NCBI GenBank assembly: GCA_963839025.1
Contig: CAWITT010000014.1
Location: 134,175 to 198,174, forward strand
Reading direction: 5' to 3'
DNA length: 64,000 nt
From: an uncultured Acidobacteriaceae bacterium
Lineage (GTDB): Bacteria; Acidobacteriota; Terriglobia; Terriglobales; Acidobacteriaceae
Part shown: positions 27,907-37,600 of the stretch, piece after piece
How positions within the stretch are numbered: position 1 is the first letter of the stretch
How the letters are laid out: each line of letters begins with the position of its first letter
Position numbers and translations under genes: made by a program
Notes under the pieces: generated by a model
What the model was told of the DNA's origin: nothing
Databases searched by the model: none
The model's input: only the letters and a program-made list of their open reading frames with translations

Positions 27907-28130
27907 ATCTATCCCGGAAAACCACACCCGACCAGTAGCAACCTCGACGGGTGCCCCATGTTCGCACCAGCGTACGTGGGCCGAAAAAGACGGGCGAAGC
28001 CCATCAAACGCTGTTAATCATTTCAGTGAAAGCATTTGAAGAATTCATAATCGGCCCACGTACGCTGGTGCGAACATGGGGCACCCATCGAGATTTGCTA
28101 CGAGGTCGGGGGCGGTTCTCCGGGATAGAT
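27907..28130 (-). repeat. Family-1 long-stem palindromic intergenic element, copy B (inverted core)
   Basis: Left arm ATCTATCCCGGAAAACCACACCCGACCAGTAGCAACCTCGACGGGTGCCCC... pairs with right arm ...GGGGCACCCATCGAGATTTGCTACGAGGTCGGGGGCGGTTCTCCGGGATAGAT. The core is the reverse complement of the core in copies A, C and D. Confidence 0.9.
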
Positions 28131-28136
28131 GCTGGG

Positions 28137-30212
28137 TTATTTGGCAGGAACCGACAACTCCTGCAGCAGGAAGGCGTAGTCGAGGGCAATTTCCTTTAGA
28201 TAATCGTAGCGGCCGGAGGCGCCCCCATGCCCCGCGCTCATGTTGGTCTCGAGCAGCAACAGGTTGTCGCCGGTTTTAAGCGTTCGCAGCTTGGCTACAT
28301 ACTTGGCCGGCTCCCAGTACATCACCTGGCTGTCATTGAGCGAGGTCTTCACCAACATGGCTGGATAGGCCTTTGCCTCCAGGTTGTCATAGGGCGAGTA
28401 CTGCAGCATGTAAGCGAATGCCTCTGCCTGGTTGGGATCACCCCACTCCTCGTACTCGGCGATGGTGAGGGGAAGGGTAGCGTCGAGCATGGTGTTCATC
28501 ACATCGACGAAGGGCACATGCGATACGACAGCCCGGTACAGATCGGGCCGCAGGTTGGCCACCGCACCCATCAAAAGTCCGCCGGCGCTCCCGCCTTCCA
28601 TGGCTACGCGGTGTGGGTCTCCGTAGCCCTGGCCCGTGAGGTATTCGGTCACAGCAATAAAATCCGTGAAGGTATTCATCTTGTTCATCAGCCGTCCCGC
28701 ATCGTGCCACGGCTTGCCCATATCGCCTCCCCCGCGAATATGGGCGTAGGCGAGGACAAATCCACGATCGAGCAGGCTCAGCCGATTGGAATTGAAGCCC
28801 ACCGGAAGGGAATACCCATAGGACCCATACCCATACACAAAGAGCGGGTTTGTGCCCGATCCCTTCAGGTCCTTGCGATAGACCAGCGAAACCGGGACCG
28901 CGGTCCCGTCGGGGGCGGTGGCAAACAAACGCTCCGAGCCATAGAGGGAGCGATCGAACCCGCCCGGCACCTCCAGCTCTTTCAACAGCATCGATTGTTC
29001 CGTCGCCACGTCGTATTCGTAGACCGAGGTAGGCGAAACCAGCGATTGGTAGCCATAGCGAAACACCTCGGTTACGAATTGACGGTTGACGTGAGGATGG
29101 GCACTATACGTGGGCTCAGGAAATGCAATCTGCCGCGATGTCTCCTGAAAGCCGCCCTCAGCGTCGAAGAACATCACCCGCAGGTGGGGCAGACCGTTGG
29201 ACCGCTCCACTAACACTGCGAAGGACTGAAAGAGATCCAGCTCCTCCAGCATCACACCCTCGCGATGGGGGATCACCTCGCGCCAAAAAGCGCGGCCCGG
29301 AGTCGCCACGGGGGCAGTCACCACGCGGAAGGTTCTTGCGGTGTCGTTCACCCTCAAGTACCACAGCCCCTCCCGGTGGTCGGCATAGTACTCGATGTTC
29401 TCGCGCCGCGGTTCGATTAACGTCCAGCTCCCCTGGGGGTCGTCCGCGGGTAGAAACTGCTCTTCGCTGGTGGTGTGGCTGGCGCTTTCGAGCACGATGT
29501 ATTGGTCGTCGCGGGTGCGGCCGGCGCCAATATTGAAGCGCTCATCTGCCTCCTCATAAACCAGGACGTCCTCCGCCTGCGAAGCCCCCAGGAAGTGGCG
29601 AAAGAACTGAAACTGGCGCTTGGTGGCCTCATCTTCCACGGTGTAGAAAATCGTCCGGTTATCGGCCGCCCAAACCACGGAGCCAACCCTCTGGGCCTCG
29701 TCCGCCAGCACTTCGCCCGTACGGAGGTCTTTGATGTGCAAGGTATATTGGCGGAACCCTGTGGTGTCAGTGGAATAGGCCAGCAAGTTGCCATCATCCG
29801 AGACGGTGAGCGCGCCCAACGCCAGGAATTCATGCCCCGCCGCCATTTGATTCATGTCGAGCATGATCTCTTCGCCGGCATCGAGAGAGCCGCGTTTGCG
29901 ACAGTAGATGGGATACTGCGCCCCCTGCTCGGTGCGCGAGTAGTAGAAATAGTCCCCGTCGCGAAAGGGCACCGAGATGTCGGTCTCTTTGATGTGGCTG
30001 ATCATTTCGGCGTAGAGCTTGGCTTGAAGCTCTTCCGTAGGCTTCATGACAGCCCGCGTGTAGGCATTCTCCTGTTCCAGGAACGCAATTACCTCCGGGC
30101 TATCCTTTTCCCGCAGCCACGCGTAGTCGTCGATCAAGCGCTGACCGTGGATGGTGTTGACAGTTTCGTGACGGCGGGCAATCGGAGGTTGTACAACCAC
30201 GGGCGAAGTCAT
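28137..30212 (-). CDS. ptrB: Oligopeptidase B (S9A prolyl-oligopeptidase family)
   Basis: 691 aa. N-terminus HGQRLIDDYAWLREKDSPEV, a propeller region, and catalytic Ser block AMEGGSAGGLLMG followed by SPYDN. Confidence 0.9.
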   Translation of the reverse strand: MTSPVVVQPPIARRHETVNTIHGQRLIDDYAWLREKDSPEVIAFLEQENAYTRAVMKPTEELQAKLYAEMISHIKETDISVPFRDGDYFYYSRTEQGAQYPIYCRKRGSLDAGEEIMLDMNQMAAGHEFLALGALTVSDDGNLLAYSTDTTGFRQYTLHIKDLRTGEVLADEAQRVGSVVWAADNRTIFYTVEDEATKRQFQFFRHFLGASQAEDVLVYEEADERFNIGAGRTRDDQYIVLESASHTTSEEQFLPADDPQGSWTLIEPRRENIEYYADHREGLWYLRVNDTARTFRVVTAPVATPGRAFWREVIPHREGVMLEELDLFQSFAVLVERSNGLPHLRVMFFDAEGGFQETSRQIAFPEPTYSAHPHVNRQFVTEVFRYGYQSLVSPTSVYEYDVATEQSMLLKELEVPGGFDRSLYGSERLFATAPDGTAVPVSLVYRKDLKGSGTNPLFVYGYGSYGYSLPVGFNSNRLSLLDRGFVLAYAHIRGGGDMGKPWHDAGRLMNKMNTFTDFIAVTEYLTGQGYGDPHRVAMEGGSAGGLLMGAVANLRPDLYRAVVSHVPFVDVMNTMLDATLPLTIAEYEEWGDPNQAEAFAYMLQYSPYDNLEAKAYPAMLVKTSLNDSQVMYWEPAKYVAKLRTLKTGDNLLLLETNMSAGHGGASGRYDYLKEIALDYAFLLQELSVPAK

Positions 30213-30309
30213 ATATGAATCAAGGATATAGGAAGTGGTTGCGCGAGCTCAAAAGCCGGTGCTGCCGGGAGGACGTTCCCTGGCATCCTACTATTCGAGG
30301 AGCAAATAC

Positions 30310-30945
30310 ATGAATCATCTCCAAAACTATGGCAAGAAAACGTTGGCCGTGGCCGGAACCATGCTGCTGTGTGGAAGCATGGGTTTGGCGCAGATGAGTC
30401 AGCAGCCCTCGAGCCCCGGGGCACAGAGTACTCCAGGTCAAAATCCCAGTATGGATTCGCAGATGAACGGCATGCAGCAGCAAGCCGGACAGCCTTCGCC
30501 GCTGGACAGGATGTTCGTCAAAAACGCGATGCAGGGCGGAATCGCGGAGGTGCAGCTAGCCCAGCTGACGCTGCAGAAGAGCAGTAACGAGCAAGTGAAG
30601 CAGTTCGCCCAACGGATGGTCACCGACCATACCAAGTTGAACGAGCAGATGAAACCGGTCGCCCAGCAGTTGGGATTGGCTGTTCCGACCGAAGTCTCGA
30701 AGAAAGACAAGAAGACCTTGGCCGAGCTGCAGGGGCTCTCCGGACCTGCCTACGACCAAGCTTATATCAAGGACATGGTGAAGGACCACAAGAAGGACCT
30801 GAGCGACTTCCAGATGGAAGCCTCTTCGGGTCAGGACCCAACGGTGAAGGACGCGGCTAATCAAGGCAGCCAGGTCATCGCGCAGCATCTGCAGATGATC
30901 CAGCAGCTTGCCAAGGACCAGAACATCGTCGTAGCGAGTAAATAA
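30310..30945 (+). CDS. DUF4142 domain protein (exported)
   Basis: Signal-like KKTLAVAGTMLLCGSMGLAQ. Duplicated blocks DRMFVKNAMQGGIAEVQLAQL...FAQRMVTDH and DQAYIKDMVKDHKKDL. ATG 30310 is preferred over 30235. Confidence 0.8.
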   Translation: MNHLQNYGKKTLAVAGTMLLCGSMGLAQMSQQPSSPGAQSTPGQNPSMDSQMNGMQQQAGQPSPLDRMFVKNAMQGGIAEVQLAQLTLQKSSNEQVKQFAQRMVTDHTKLNEQMKPVAQQLGLAVPTEVSKKDKKTLAELQGLSGPAYDQAYIKDMVKDHKKDLSDFQMEASSGQDPTVKDAANQGSQVIAQHLQMIQQLAKDQNIVVASK

Positions 30946-30962
30946 ATCGCCGTCTATGCTCA

Positions 30963-31005
30963 ATGCCCGCCAGCCGGCCTCCCGGCGGCGGGCATAACTT
31001 TGTCT
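30963..31005 (+). terminator. Intrinsic terminator after the DUF4142 gene
   Basis: ATGCCCGCCAGCCGG-CCTC-CCGGCGGCGGGCAT forms a GC stem of about 14 bp with one bulge, followed by AACTTTGTCT. Confidence 0.7.
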
Positions 31006-31020
31006 CGGTACAATGAGGCA

Positions 31021-31797
31021 ATGCGCAAAAGCCTGCTTGCACTGCTGGTGCTTTTTCTTGCCTGGCCCGGACTACTGTTGGCCGAGCGAGTGCAGGACCT
31101 TCCCGCACCCACAAATTATGTAAACGATTTTGCCGGGGTGCTGTCTCCGCAGACGTTGGCTTCGCTGAACGGTTTGTGCTTGCAAGTCGACCGCCAGGCC
31201 CACGCGCAGATCGCCGTTGTCACCATCAAGTCCCTGGATGGGGAACCGATCGAGAACTTTGCTACCGCCCTCGAAGACAAATGGAAGGTTGGGAAGAAGG
31301 GGACAGATCGCGGCCTGCTTCTGATATTCGCTACCCAGGACCGGAAATACCGCATCGAGGTGGGGTATGGCCTGGAAGGCATTCTGCCTGATGGGCGTGT
31401 GGGTGATATTGGCCGGGCGATGGTGCCCTATCTTCGGCAAAATGACTTTGATGGTGCGGTCACCCTCGCGGTGCGTCAGATCGCTGGAGTGATCGCGGCT
31501 GACGCCGGGGTCACCCTGAATCTTGGATCGCGGCCTACCCGTGCGCCGCCCCCTCCGGCCAAGCCTATGACGCTGGGCCAGTTGTTGGTACTGGGCGTTG
31601 TGCTGCTGGTGGTGATCTTTTTGCTGGCGCGCCTGGGTGGATCCGGACTGCTGGGCTTCCTGATCGGAATGTTTCTTGGAGGCGGTGGTGGCGGAGGCTG
31701 GGGCGGACGCGGAGGCGGCGGTGGCGGAGACGGCGGGGGATTTGGCGGTTTCGGTGGTGGAAGCTCCGGTGGCGGTGGAGCCTCAGGGGATTGGTAG
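31021..31797 (+). CDS. TPM (YgcG-like) domain protein with TM segment and Gly-rich tail
   Basis: Signal peptide, TPM blocks VNDFAGVLSPQT, IAVVTIKSLDG and RGLLLIFATQDRKYRIEVGYGLEG, TM segment LLVLGVVLLVVIFLLA, then a GGGGGGWGGRGGGGGGDGGGFGGFGGG tail. ATG 31021 lies after the upstream terminator. Confidence 0.8.
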   Translation: MRKSLLALLVLFLAWPGLLLAERVQDLPAPTNYVNDFAGVLSPQTLASLNGLCLQVDRQAHAQIAVVTIKSLDGEPIENFATALEDKWKVGKKGTDRGLLLIFATQDRKYRIEVGYGLEGILPDGRVGDIGRAMVPYLRQNDFDGAVTLAVRQIAGVIAADAGVTLNLGSRPTRAPPPPAKPMTLGQLLVLGVVLLVVIFLLARLGGSGLLGFLIGMFLGGGGGGGWGGRGGGGGGDGGGFGGFGGGSSGGGGASGDW

Positions 31798-31829
31798 TCT
31801 GTTAGAAGCAAGAGAAGGAGAAATTTGAA

Positions 31830-32411
31830 ATGAGACGCGGGCTTTGGATAGCGGTCGCGGCATTAGTGGTGGTCTTTTTGGCGGTGCTGCTGGTTTTTGG
31901 CAGCTATGTAAGCGCAAGGAATCAGATGGTGACCAAGCGAGAGGCGATCCAGGCCTCCTGGAGTGAGGTCAGCAATCAAATGCAGCGGCGTGCCGACCTG
32001 ATCCCCAACCTGGTGGAGACCGTGAAGGGGTATGCCAAGCAGGAAACTACGGTGTTCGGTGATATCGCTAATGCGCGGGCTGGCCTGTTGAATGCACATG
32101 GTGATCCGAAGGCCTCGATCCAGGCCAACGGGCAGCTGGATGGCGCATTGGGACGGCTGCTGGCGTTATCGGAGAATTATCCCGACCTGAAGTCGAATGG
32201 AAATTTCCAGCGGCTTTCCGACGAGTTGGCCGGCACGGAGAACCGGATCGCTGTGGCCAGGATGCGCTACAACCAGCACATCTTTGACTACAACGCATTC
32301 ATCCAGCAATTTCCCAACAGCGTGTGGGCCGGCATAGGCGGCTTCCAACGCAACAACGACTACTTCCAAGCCAGCGCCGACGCGCAGAAGGTGCCTAAGG
32401 TCCAGTTCTAG
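31830..32411 (+). CDS. lemA: LemA family protein
   Basis: N-terminal TM, then LemA blocks RADLIPNLVETVKGYAKQE, ENYPDLKSN and AVARMRYN. 193 aa. Confidence 0.85.
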   Translation: MRRGLWIAVAALVVVFLAVLLVFGSYVSARNQMVTKREAIQASWSEVSNQMQRRADLIPNLVETVKGYAKQETTVFGDIANARAGLLNAHGDPKASIQANGQLDGALGRLLALSENYPDLKSNGNFQRLSDELAGTENRIAVARMRYNQHIFDYNAFIQQFPNSVWAGIGGFQRNNDYFQASADAQKVPKVQF

Positions 32412-32427
32412 GTTGTTGATGGAGGAT

Positions 32428-32453
32428 CCACATCCCGCGAAATCGGGATGTGG
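32428..32453 (+). terminator. Stem-loop after lemA (weak terminator candidate)
   Basis: CCACATCCCG-CGAAAT-CGGGATGTGG is a perfect 10-bp stem. The downstream sequence has only a short T run (GACGCTTT). Confidence 0.4.
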
Positions 32454-32480
32454 GCTCCCGACGCTTTAGTCAAGACAATC

Positions 32481-32533
32481 CCCTCAATAAACAAGGGTTC
32501 CCCTCATCGCTGGAAGGCGAGTGTGGGGAACCG
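32481..32533 (-). terminator. Intrinsic terminator after the STAS gene
   Basis: On the minus strand GGTTCCCC...GGGGAACC forms a stem followed by CTTGTTTATTG. Confidence 0.6.
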
Positions 32534-32558
32534 CTGAAGTAGAAAAGGAAAGTCGGGC

Positions 32559-32909
32559 CTAGGCGCGCGCAAAGGAAGCTACTGCACTCGCCTCGTCGTC
32601 CTTGACGTCGAAAACGGTGTAGAGCTTGGTGATCTGCAGCAGGTCGTGAACCTTTTTGGTGAGGTTCAGGAGCTTAAGGTCTCCGCCCTGGTTGCGGACC
32701 GTCGTGAAGGCGCTCACTAATTCGCCAATCCCCGAGCTGTCGATGTAAGTCACATCACCCAGATTGAGCAGAATCTGCTTGGAGCCTTTGCTGAGCAGAT
32801 CCCGCACCGCGTCGCGCAGCTGCACGCTGCCTTCGCCCAACGTTATGCGACCGCTGCAATCCATTATGGTGATCCCGTCCACCTGACGGGTCTTGATTTT
32901 CATGCTCAC
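32559..32909 (-). CDS. STAS-domain anti-sigma-factor antagonist (SpoIIAA/RsbV-like)
   Basis: 116 aa: [15 protein letters not shown] ... [19 protein letters not shown] (phosphorylatable Ser in DSSG). Confidence 0.85.
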   Translation of the reverse strand: MSMKIKTRQVDGITIMDCSGRITLGEGSVQLRDAVRDLLSKGSKQILLNLGDVTYIDSSGIGELVSAFTTVRNQGGDLKLLNLTKKVHDLLQITKLYTVFDVKDDEASAVASFARA

Positions 32910-32921
32910 GAATACTCCTCC

Positions 32922-33362
32922 TTAGATAGCGGAACGGGCCGTTCCTAGATGTTTGATGAGGGTCAGTTCAGTGCCGGGCTGCAATTGTCGAAAGTGTACC
33001 TCATCCATGAACGAGCGGATAAGAAAGATGCCCCTCCCGGAGCCGCGTAACAGATTCTCCGGCGCTAACGGGTCAGGTAGCGAATCCGGATTCAAGCCTT
33101 TTCCCTGGTCTGCAATGCGAATCACCAGCGATTCGTTCGTTTGTTCAAAGGACGCCGTCATCCGCTTTTCGGGGTCGTAGGCGTTCCCATGCAACACGGC
33201 ATTGACTGCGGCCTCACGGACCGCCATGGCGACCCGGTAAACCTCTTCATCTTCGAGCCCGGCCTTCCTGGCCATCTCTTCTGCGGTTTGCTCCACGCGA
33301 TTGACACTGTCAAGCGAGGACTCAAGTGTGTACGTCACCGTGCTCGGCTGTGATCCGCCCAA
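32922..33362 (-). CDS. Anti-sigma regulatory Ser/Thr kinase (RsbW/SpoIIAB-like, HATPase_c)
   Basis: N-box EAAVNAVLHGN, G1 ADQGKGL and G2 GSGRGIFLIRSFMDEV. 146 aa, 12 nt upstream of the STAS gene. Confidence 0.8.
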   Translation of the reverse strand: MGGSQPSTVTYTLESSLDSVNRVEQTAEEMARKAGLEDEEVYRVAMAVREAAVNAVLHGNAYDPEKRMTASFEQTNESLVIRIADQGKGLNPDSLPDPLAPENLLRGSGRGIFLIRSFMDEVHFRQLQPGTELTLIKHLGTARSAI

Positions 33363-33500
33363 TTGCCTGACCTCGTATGAAGCACTGGGCTTATCGACGG
33401 AAGGCCCATGTGCGCAAGTTTGCTTGGCCCCGCGACCTCATGTCAAGGCACATTGAGAGCTTAGCAGCCTTCGCCCAATTGTCCAGAGCGGCCGTGTCAA

Positions 33501-34634
33501 TCATTTGGACCTGCCTTGCTCAAGACGAGACATCTGGGAAGCGACATCGCCCTCCGCTTTCTGATGCAGGGCGCGTACCTTGGCGAATTCCTTCTGCGCG
33601 GCCTCCGGATTTTTTTCGCCCTGGTAAACGCGACCCAACCAGTAGTGCGCATCGGGTTGGGTGGGGTCCAGTTCGACGGCACGCTGCAGCGCCGCGGTGG
33701 CTTCGGGATAGCGGCGTCGCTCCGCCAGAATGGCGCCGATGTCCAGGTAGGCGATGCGCAGGCTCTTGCTCGACTGCACCGCCCGCTGCAGCAGAGATAA
33801 GGCCTGTTCCTTGTCGCCTCGCTTGAATGCGATGTCTCCGAGGTAGGCCAAGGCTTGAGGATGGTCGGGATCGATCGCCAGCTCCTGCTCGAACTCTTCT
33901 TTTGCGCTATCGAGTTGCAGCAGCTTCCAGTGCAGGTAACCCAGCCCAAAATGCACTTCCGGTTGTTGGGGTGAAACCTTGGCGGCAGCCTCGAACTCCG
34001 CGATAGCCTCGGGGGTTCGATCCAGGCCGTCCAGTGCCTCCCCGGAGAGAATGTGCGCGGCTGCGGAATCGGGCTCCTTCTGCAAAATGAGACGGAACTC
34101 CTCCAACGCGCAGTCGTACTTCTTGGCCGAAAGGCAGCTTTGGGCCAGGACATGATGCAACTCCAGGTTTTCCGGGTCTGCCTTCACTGCCGCGGAGAGG
34201 TAGCGTGCTGCCGGATTGAATTGCCCCGCGCCGTAGTAGCTCATGCCCAGGATGGTCTCCACCTGTGTGCTGGTGGGGTCTGCGTGGAGCGCCATCGTGA
34301 GCGGGTTGATCGCCGCGCTGAAATGCCCTTGCTTGAATTCAGCCAAACCCAGGTTCAACGGCACCCCGCGCAAGTTAGGATCGAGGGCCAGCGCCTTTCG
34401 GTACGCAGGCACAGCTTGGTCGTATTGGGTCTGCTCGGAAAGAACGAAGCCCAGACTGGCAAAAGCCGCGGCGTCCCTGGGATTTGCCGCAACAATCGCC
34501 CGCCACGCGGCCGCTGCTTCGACAAGTTTGCCTTGCTGCTCCAGTGCCGCCGCATCCGAAGGACGCGGTGTCTGGGCTCTTCCCACGTGGGTTGCAAGCA
34601 GCGCGAGAAGAGCCAGACCTAGCTTCCAATTCAT
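33501..34634 (-). CDS. Exported TPR-repeat protein
   Basis: Signal peptide MNWKLGLALLALLATHVGRAQ and repeated 34-aa TPR-like units (for example YDQAVPAYRKALALDPN and AIAEFEAAAKVSPQQPEVHFGLGYL). Confidence 0.8.
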   Translation of the reverse strand: MNWKLGLALLALLATHVGRAQTPRPSDAAALEQQGKLVEAAAAWRAIVAANPRDAAAFASLGFVLSEQTQYDQAVPAYRKALALDPNLRGVPLNLGLAEFKQGHFSAAINPLTMALHADPTSTQVETILGMSYYGAGQFNPAARYLSAAVKADPENLELHHVLAQSCLSAKKYDCALEEFRLILQKEPDSAAAHILSGEALDGLDRTPEAIAEFEAAAKVSPQQPEVHFGLGYLHWKLLQLDSAKEEFEQELAIDPDHPQALAYLGDIAFKRGDKEQALSLLQRAVQSSKSLRIAYLDIGAILAERRRYPEATAALQRAVELDPTQPDAHYWLGRVYQGEKNPEAAQKEFAKVRALHQKAEGDVASQMSRLEQGRSK

Positions 34635-34655
34635 CCTGACTTGGATCTTAATTTG

Positions 34656-37600
34656 TTACCAGATGATCTTGGCTCCAAATTGGAAGACCCGCGGGTCGTA
34701 GGCGGAACTGAATTTGCCGAAGTCAGTTCCGTTTAATGAGTTGCCAATACCATTGCTGGCCCCGCCGCCAACGGTATTCGCGCTGAATTGGGTGTGGTTC
34801 CAGACGTTGTAACTTTCTGCCCGGAGCTCAATGCGGCTTTGCTCGTAGAGAGCGAAGTTTTTGAAGAGCGCCAGGTTCCAGTTGTCGCGCCCCGGGCCGC
34901 GGAGAGCGTCGTGGCCGAGGTTGCCAAAGGTCGCAACCGAGGAGCCGGCGCTTACCGGAGCAACAGAAAATACGCTCGGGTTGAACCACAGTTTGCTGTT
35001 GTTACCGCTCGACAGCGTGGTTCTCGACTTGGGATAGGAGATATTCCCGGTCAAGTTCGGCCGCACCGCGCAATTGGGAACAAAGCTGCAGACCGTCGAT
35101 CCGGAAACCCCTAGGTTGACAGGGGCTCCCGATTCCGCAGTGACGATGCCGGAAGCTTGCCACCCGCCCAGGGTTGACTTCATGAAACGGTTCTGGCTGT
35201 TGCGGAACAGAGGCACGTCGTAGATGAAGTTCACAAAGGCAACGTGGGTGCGGTCAAACACCGACGGCCCCCGGTCGTAGGTCCATCCAACGTAGGGATT
35301 GGAGACACTGTCGAGATCGAATCCATCTCCACCAGTCCCGGTGGAGGTGTCAATCGCCCGCGAGAAGGTATAAGCAGCCTGCAGTTGGAGACCATTCCGC
35401 AGGTTGGAGTGAAGCTCGATCTGCAGCGAGTTATAGCTGCCGTTGGCCTCGTCCTGATCGGTGAGAATGGCATGGTAACCAGGATAGGGAAGCAGCGTGT
35501 TGTAGGGGCCGCCGTTGACCGAGAGGGACGCCAATTGGCTATACGGTGGAAGGTTGGTATTCACCGCATCGCTCTGGAAGTGCTGCACGTTGCCTACATA
35601 AGCGAGAGAGAGGACAGACCGGCTTGCCAATGCCCGTTGGAAGCCCAGGCTGTATTGGTAGCTCACCGGCAGTTGATACCTGTTGGAGTTGAGTTGCGTG
35701 ATGGTGGGCACCACGATCGGCAAAGGTGGCGCAGTGATGAGGGTGCCGTTTTGCACGTTTAGTTTGGGATTCGACAAAGAAACATTGTTGAGCGTGGCCG
35801 AGGAACTGAAGGGGACGTTGGCGCCGGCCTGGTACATGTCATTACCCTGGATGCGCTCATACATAATCCCAAATCCGCCCCGAACGATATTTTTCCCGCC
35901 ACCGGTCAGATCGTAAGCAAAGCCAACCCGCGGCCCGAACGCAAGCCAGTGGTTCGCGACTAGCCCCTTGCCGACCCCGGGAGTTATGCCCGGTATCCCG
36001 ATGCCATTAAGGTAAAACTGATAACCGGCGAGGATGGGGTTAGGACTGGTGCCCAGCCCGGCGCTGGTCGGCGCGATTTGGCCGTTGCCCGCGGCGAAGG
36101 TGGGCGTCGCACCCGGGTTGTAAAGGTTGGGATAGAAGTTGGACATTTGACCATTGGCTTCATAGGTATGTGGAACTCCATCCCATCGCAGGCCCAGATT
36201 CAATGTGAGCCGCGGCGTAGCCCGCCAGTCATCCTGCACAAACAGCGCGTAGGACTTGCTATTCCAGTGGCGCGTATCCTTCAACGCTGCCTCGGAGTAG
36301 GTTTGGGCATAACCGAGTAGAAAATCGGCAAAGTCATAACCGGTGAAGCTGCCATTGAACCCGAAATTTCCCTGGGTGCTCACCTGCAACGGTTGCGCCT
36401 TCAGGAAGTAGAGCCAACTTCCGCCGACCTTGATCTGGTGCGAACCCTTGGTCCAGGCAATGCTGTCGGTGATCCCGTAAGAATCCGCTTTGTTGATCCA
36501 GGGATTCCAGTTGTTGCTGAAGGTCGCGCCGGTCAACTGGGTAAGACCGATGATCGGGATAATGTTCGTCTGGCCGTTGAATATCCGGTTGGAGTTGAAT
36601 CCTGAAGGAAGCGTGCTCAGGCCGATGGGAACCATGTTGATGCGGTTGCCGCCATAAGTGAAGCGGGTCTCGTTGAGTAGGTTCCGGCTGATGGCATAAG
36701 TGGCCCCGATGACCGCGCTATAAGACGGGTTGCCGAAGGTGTCACCGACCGTGGGCACGTTCGAGCTGCTCCACCGGGTTGGCAGGTCAGTTTGAGAAAC
36801 CTGCTCCGAGATCCAGTGGCCAAAGATGGAGAACTTGTCACTGAAGGTGTGGTCGATGCGGACCAGTTCTTCGCGGACATTTGTGGGAGCGTTGGCCGGG
36901 CCGACGAAACGCGCTCCGCTGTTAGGGGCGGGGAAAATGCCTGCCTTCAACAGATTCTGCGCGTTGGGATCGAGCAGGGTGGCAGGGATGGTGTTGTTGT
37001 TGAACGCGACCGCCTTGGTGGAATCCGGAGCCCCATTGGTGCAGCCGCTCAATGCCTGCCCGGCGCCGGCGAATTGGGCTACCACGGTAGCCGAGACCTG
37101 GCACGCATAGGGAGCATGCACTCCCCCGGCGGGCACGAAGCCCGAGCTCAGGGCTTGCGCCAGATTGCCGCCATAGGTGCTGGCGAATGGAACTCCCACG
37201 TTGAAGTTGTTGCCCTGGATCAGGCTGCGCCACTCCATGTTGTAAAAGAAGAAAGTCTTGGGATTGTCCACGTGCTTGAAGATGATCGGACCGCCTGCGT
37301 TGAATCCCCAGGTATTGAAGCGCAGCTTCGCAACTTTGTTGGTCGTGCCATTGGCGTTGTACTGGGGATTAAAGTAGTTGCGCGCGTCGAATGCATCGTT
37401 GCGTCCGAACCACCATCCTGACGCATGGAAATTGCGCGTGCCGGACTTGATCACCGAGCTGATCGTTGCCGCCGAAGAGAGTCCATATTCAGCGGTGTAG
37501 TTGGAAGTAAGTTGGCGAAACTCCGCGATCGCGTCCTCTGAAGGCATCACCACAGCGGTACCGCCGCCGCCGCGGTCATCGATTTCTCCACCATCCAGCA

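Noticed and set aside
28227-29213. 328-aa + strand ORF opposite ptrB
   Set aside because: Antisense shadow of a gene with the S9 catalytic Ser block.
31660-31797. GGN-rich tandem DNA repeat
   Set aside because: It is the in-frame poly-Gly tail of the TPM protein (coding low complexity), not a separate repeat element.
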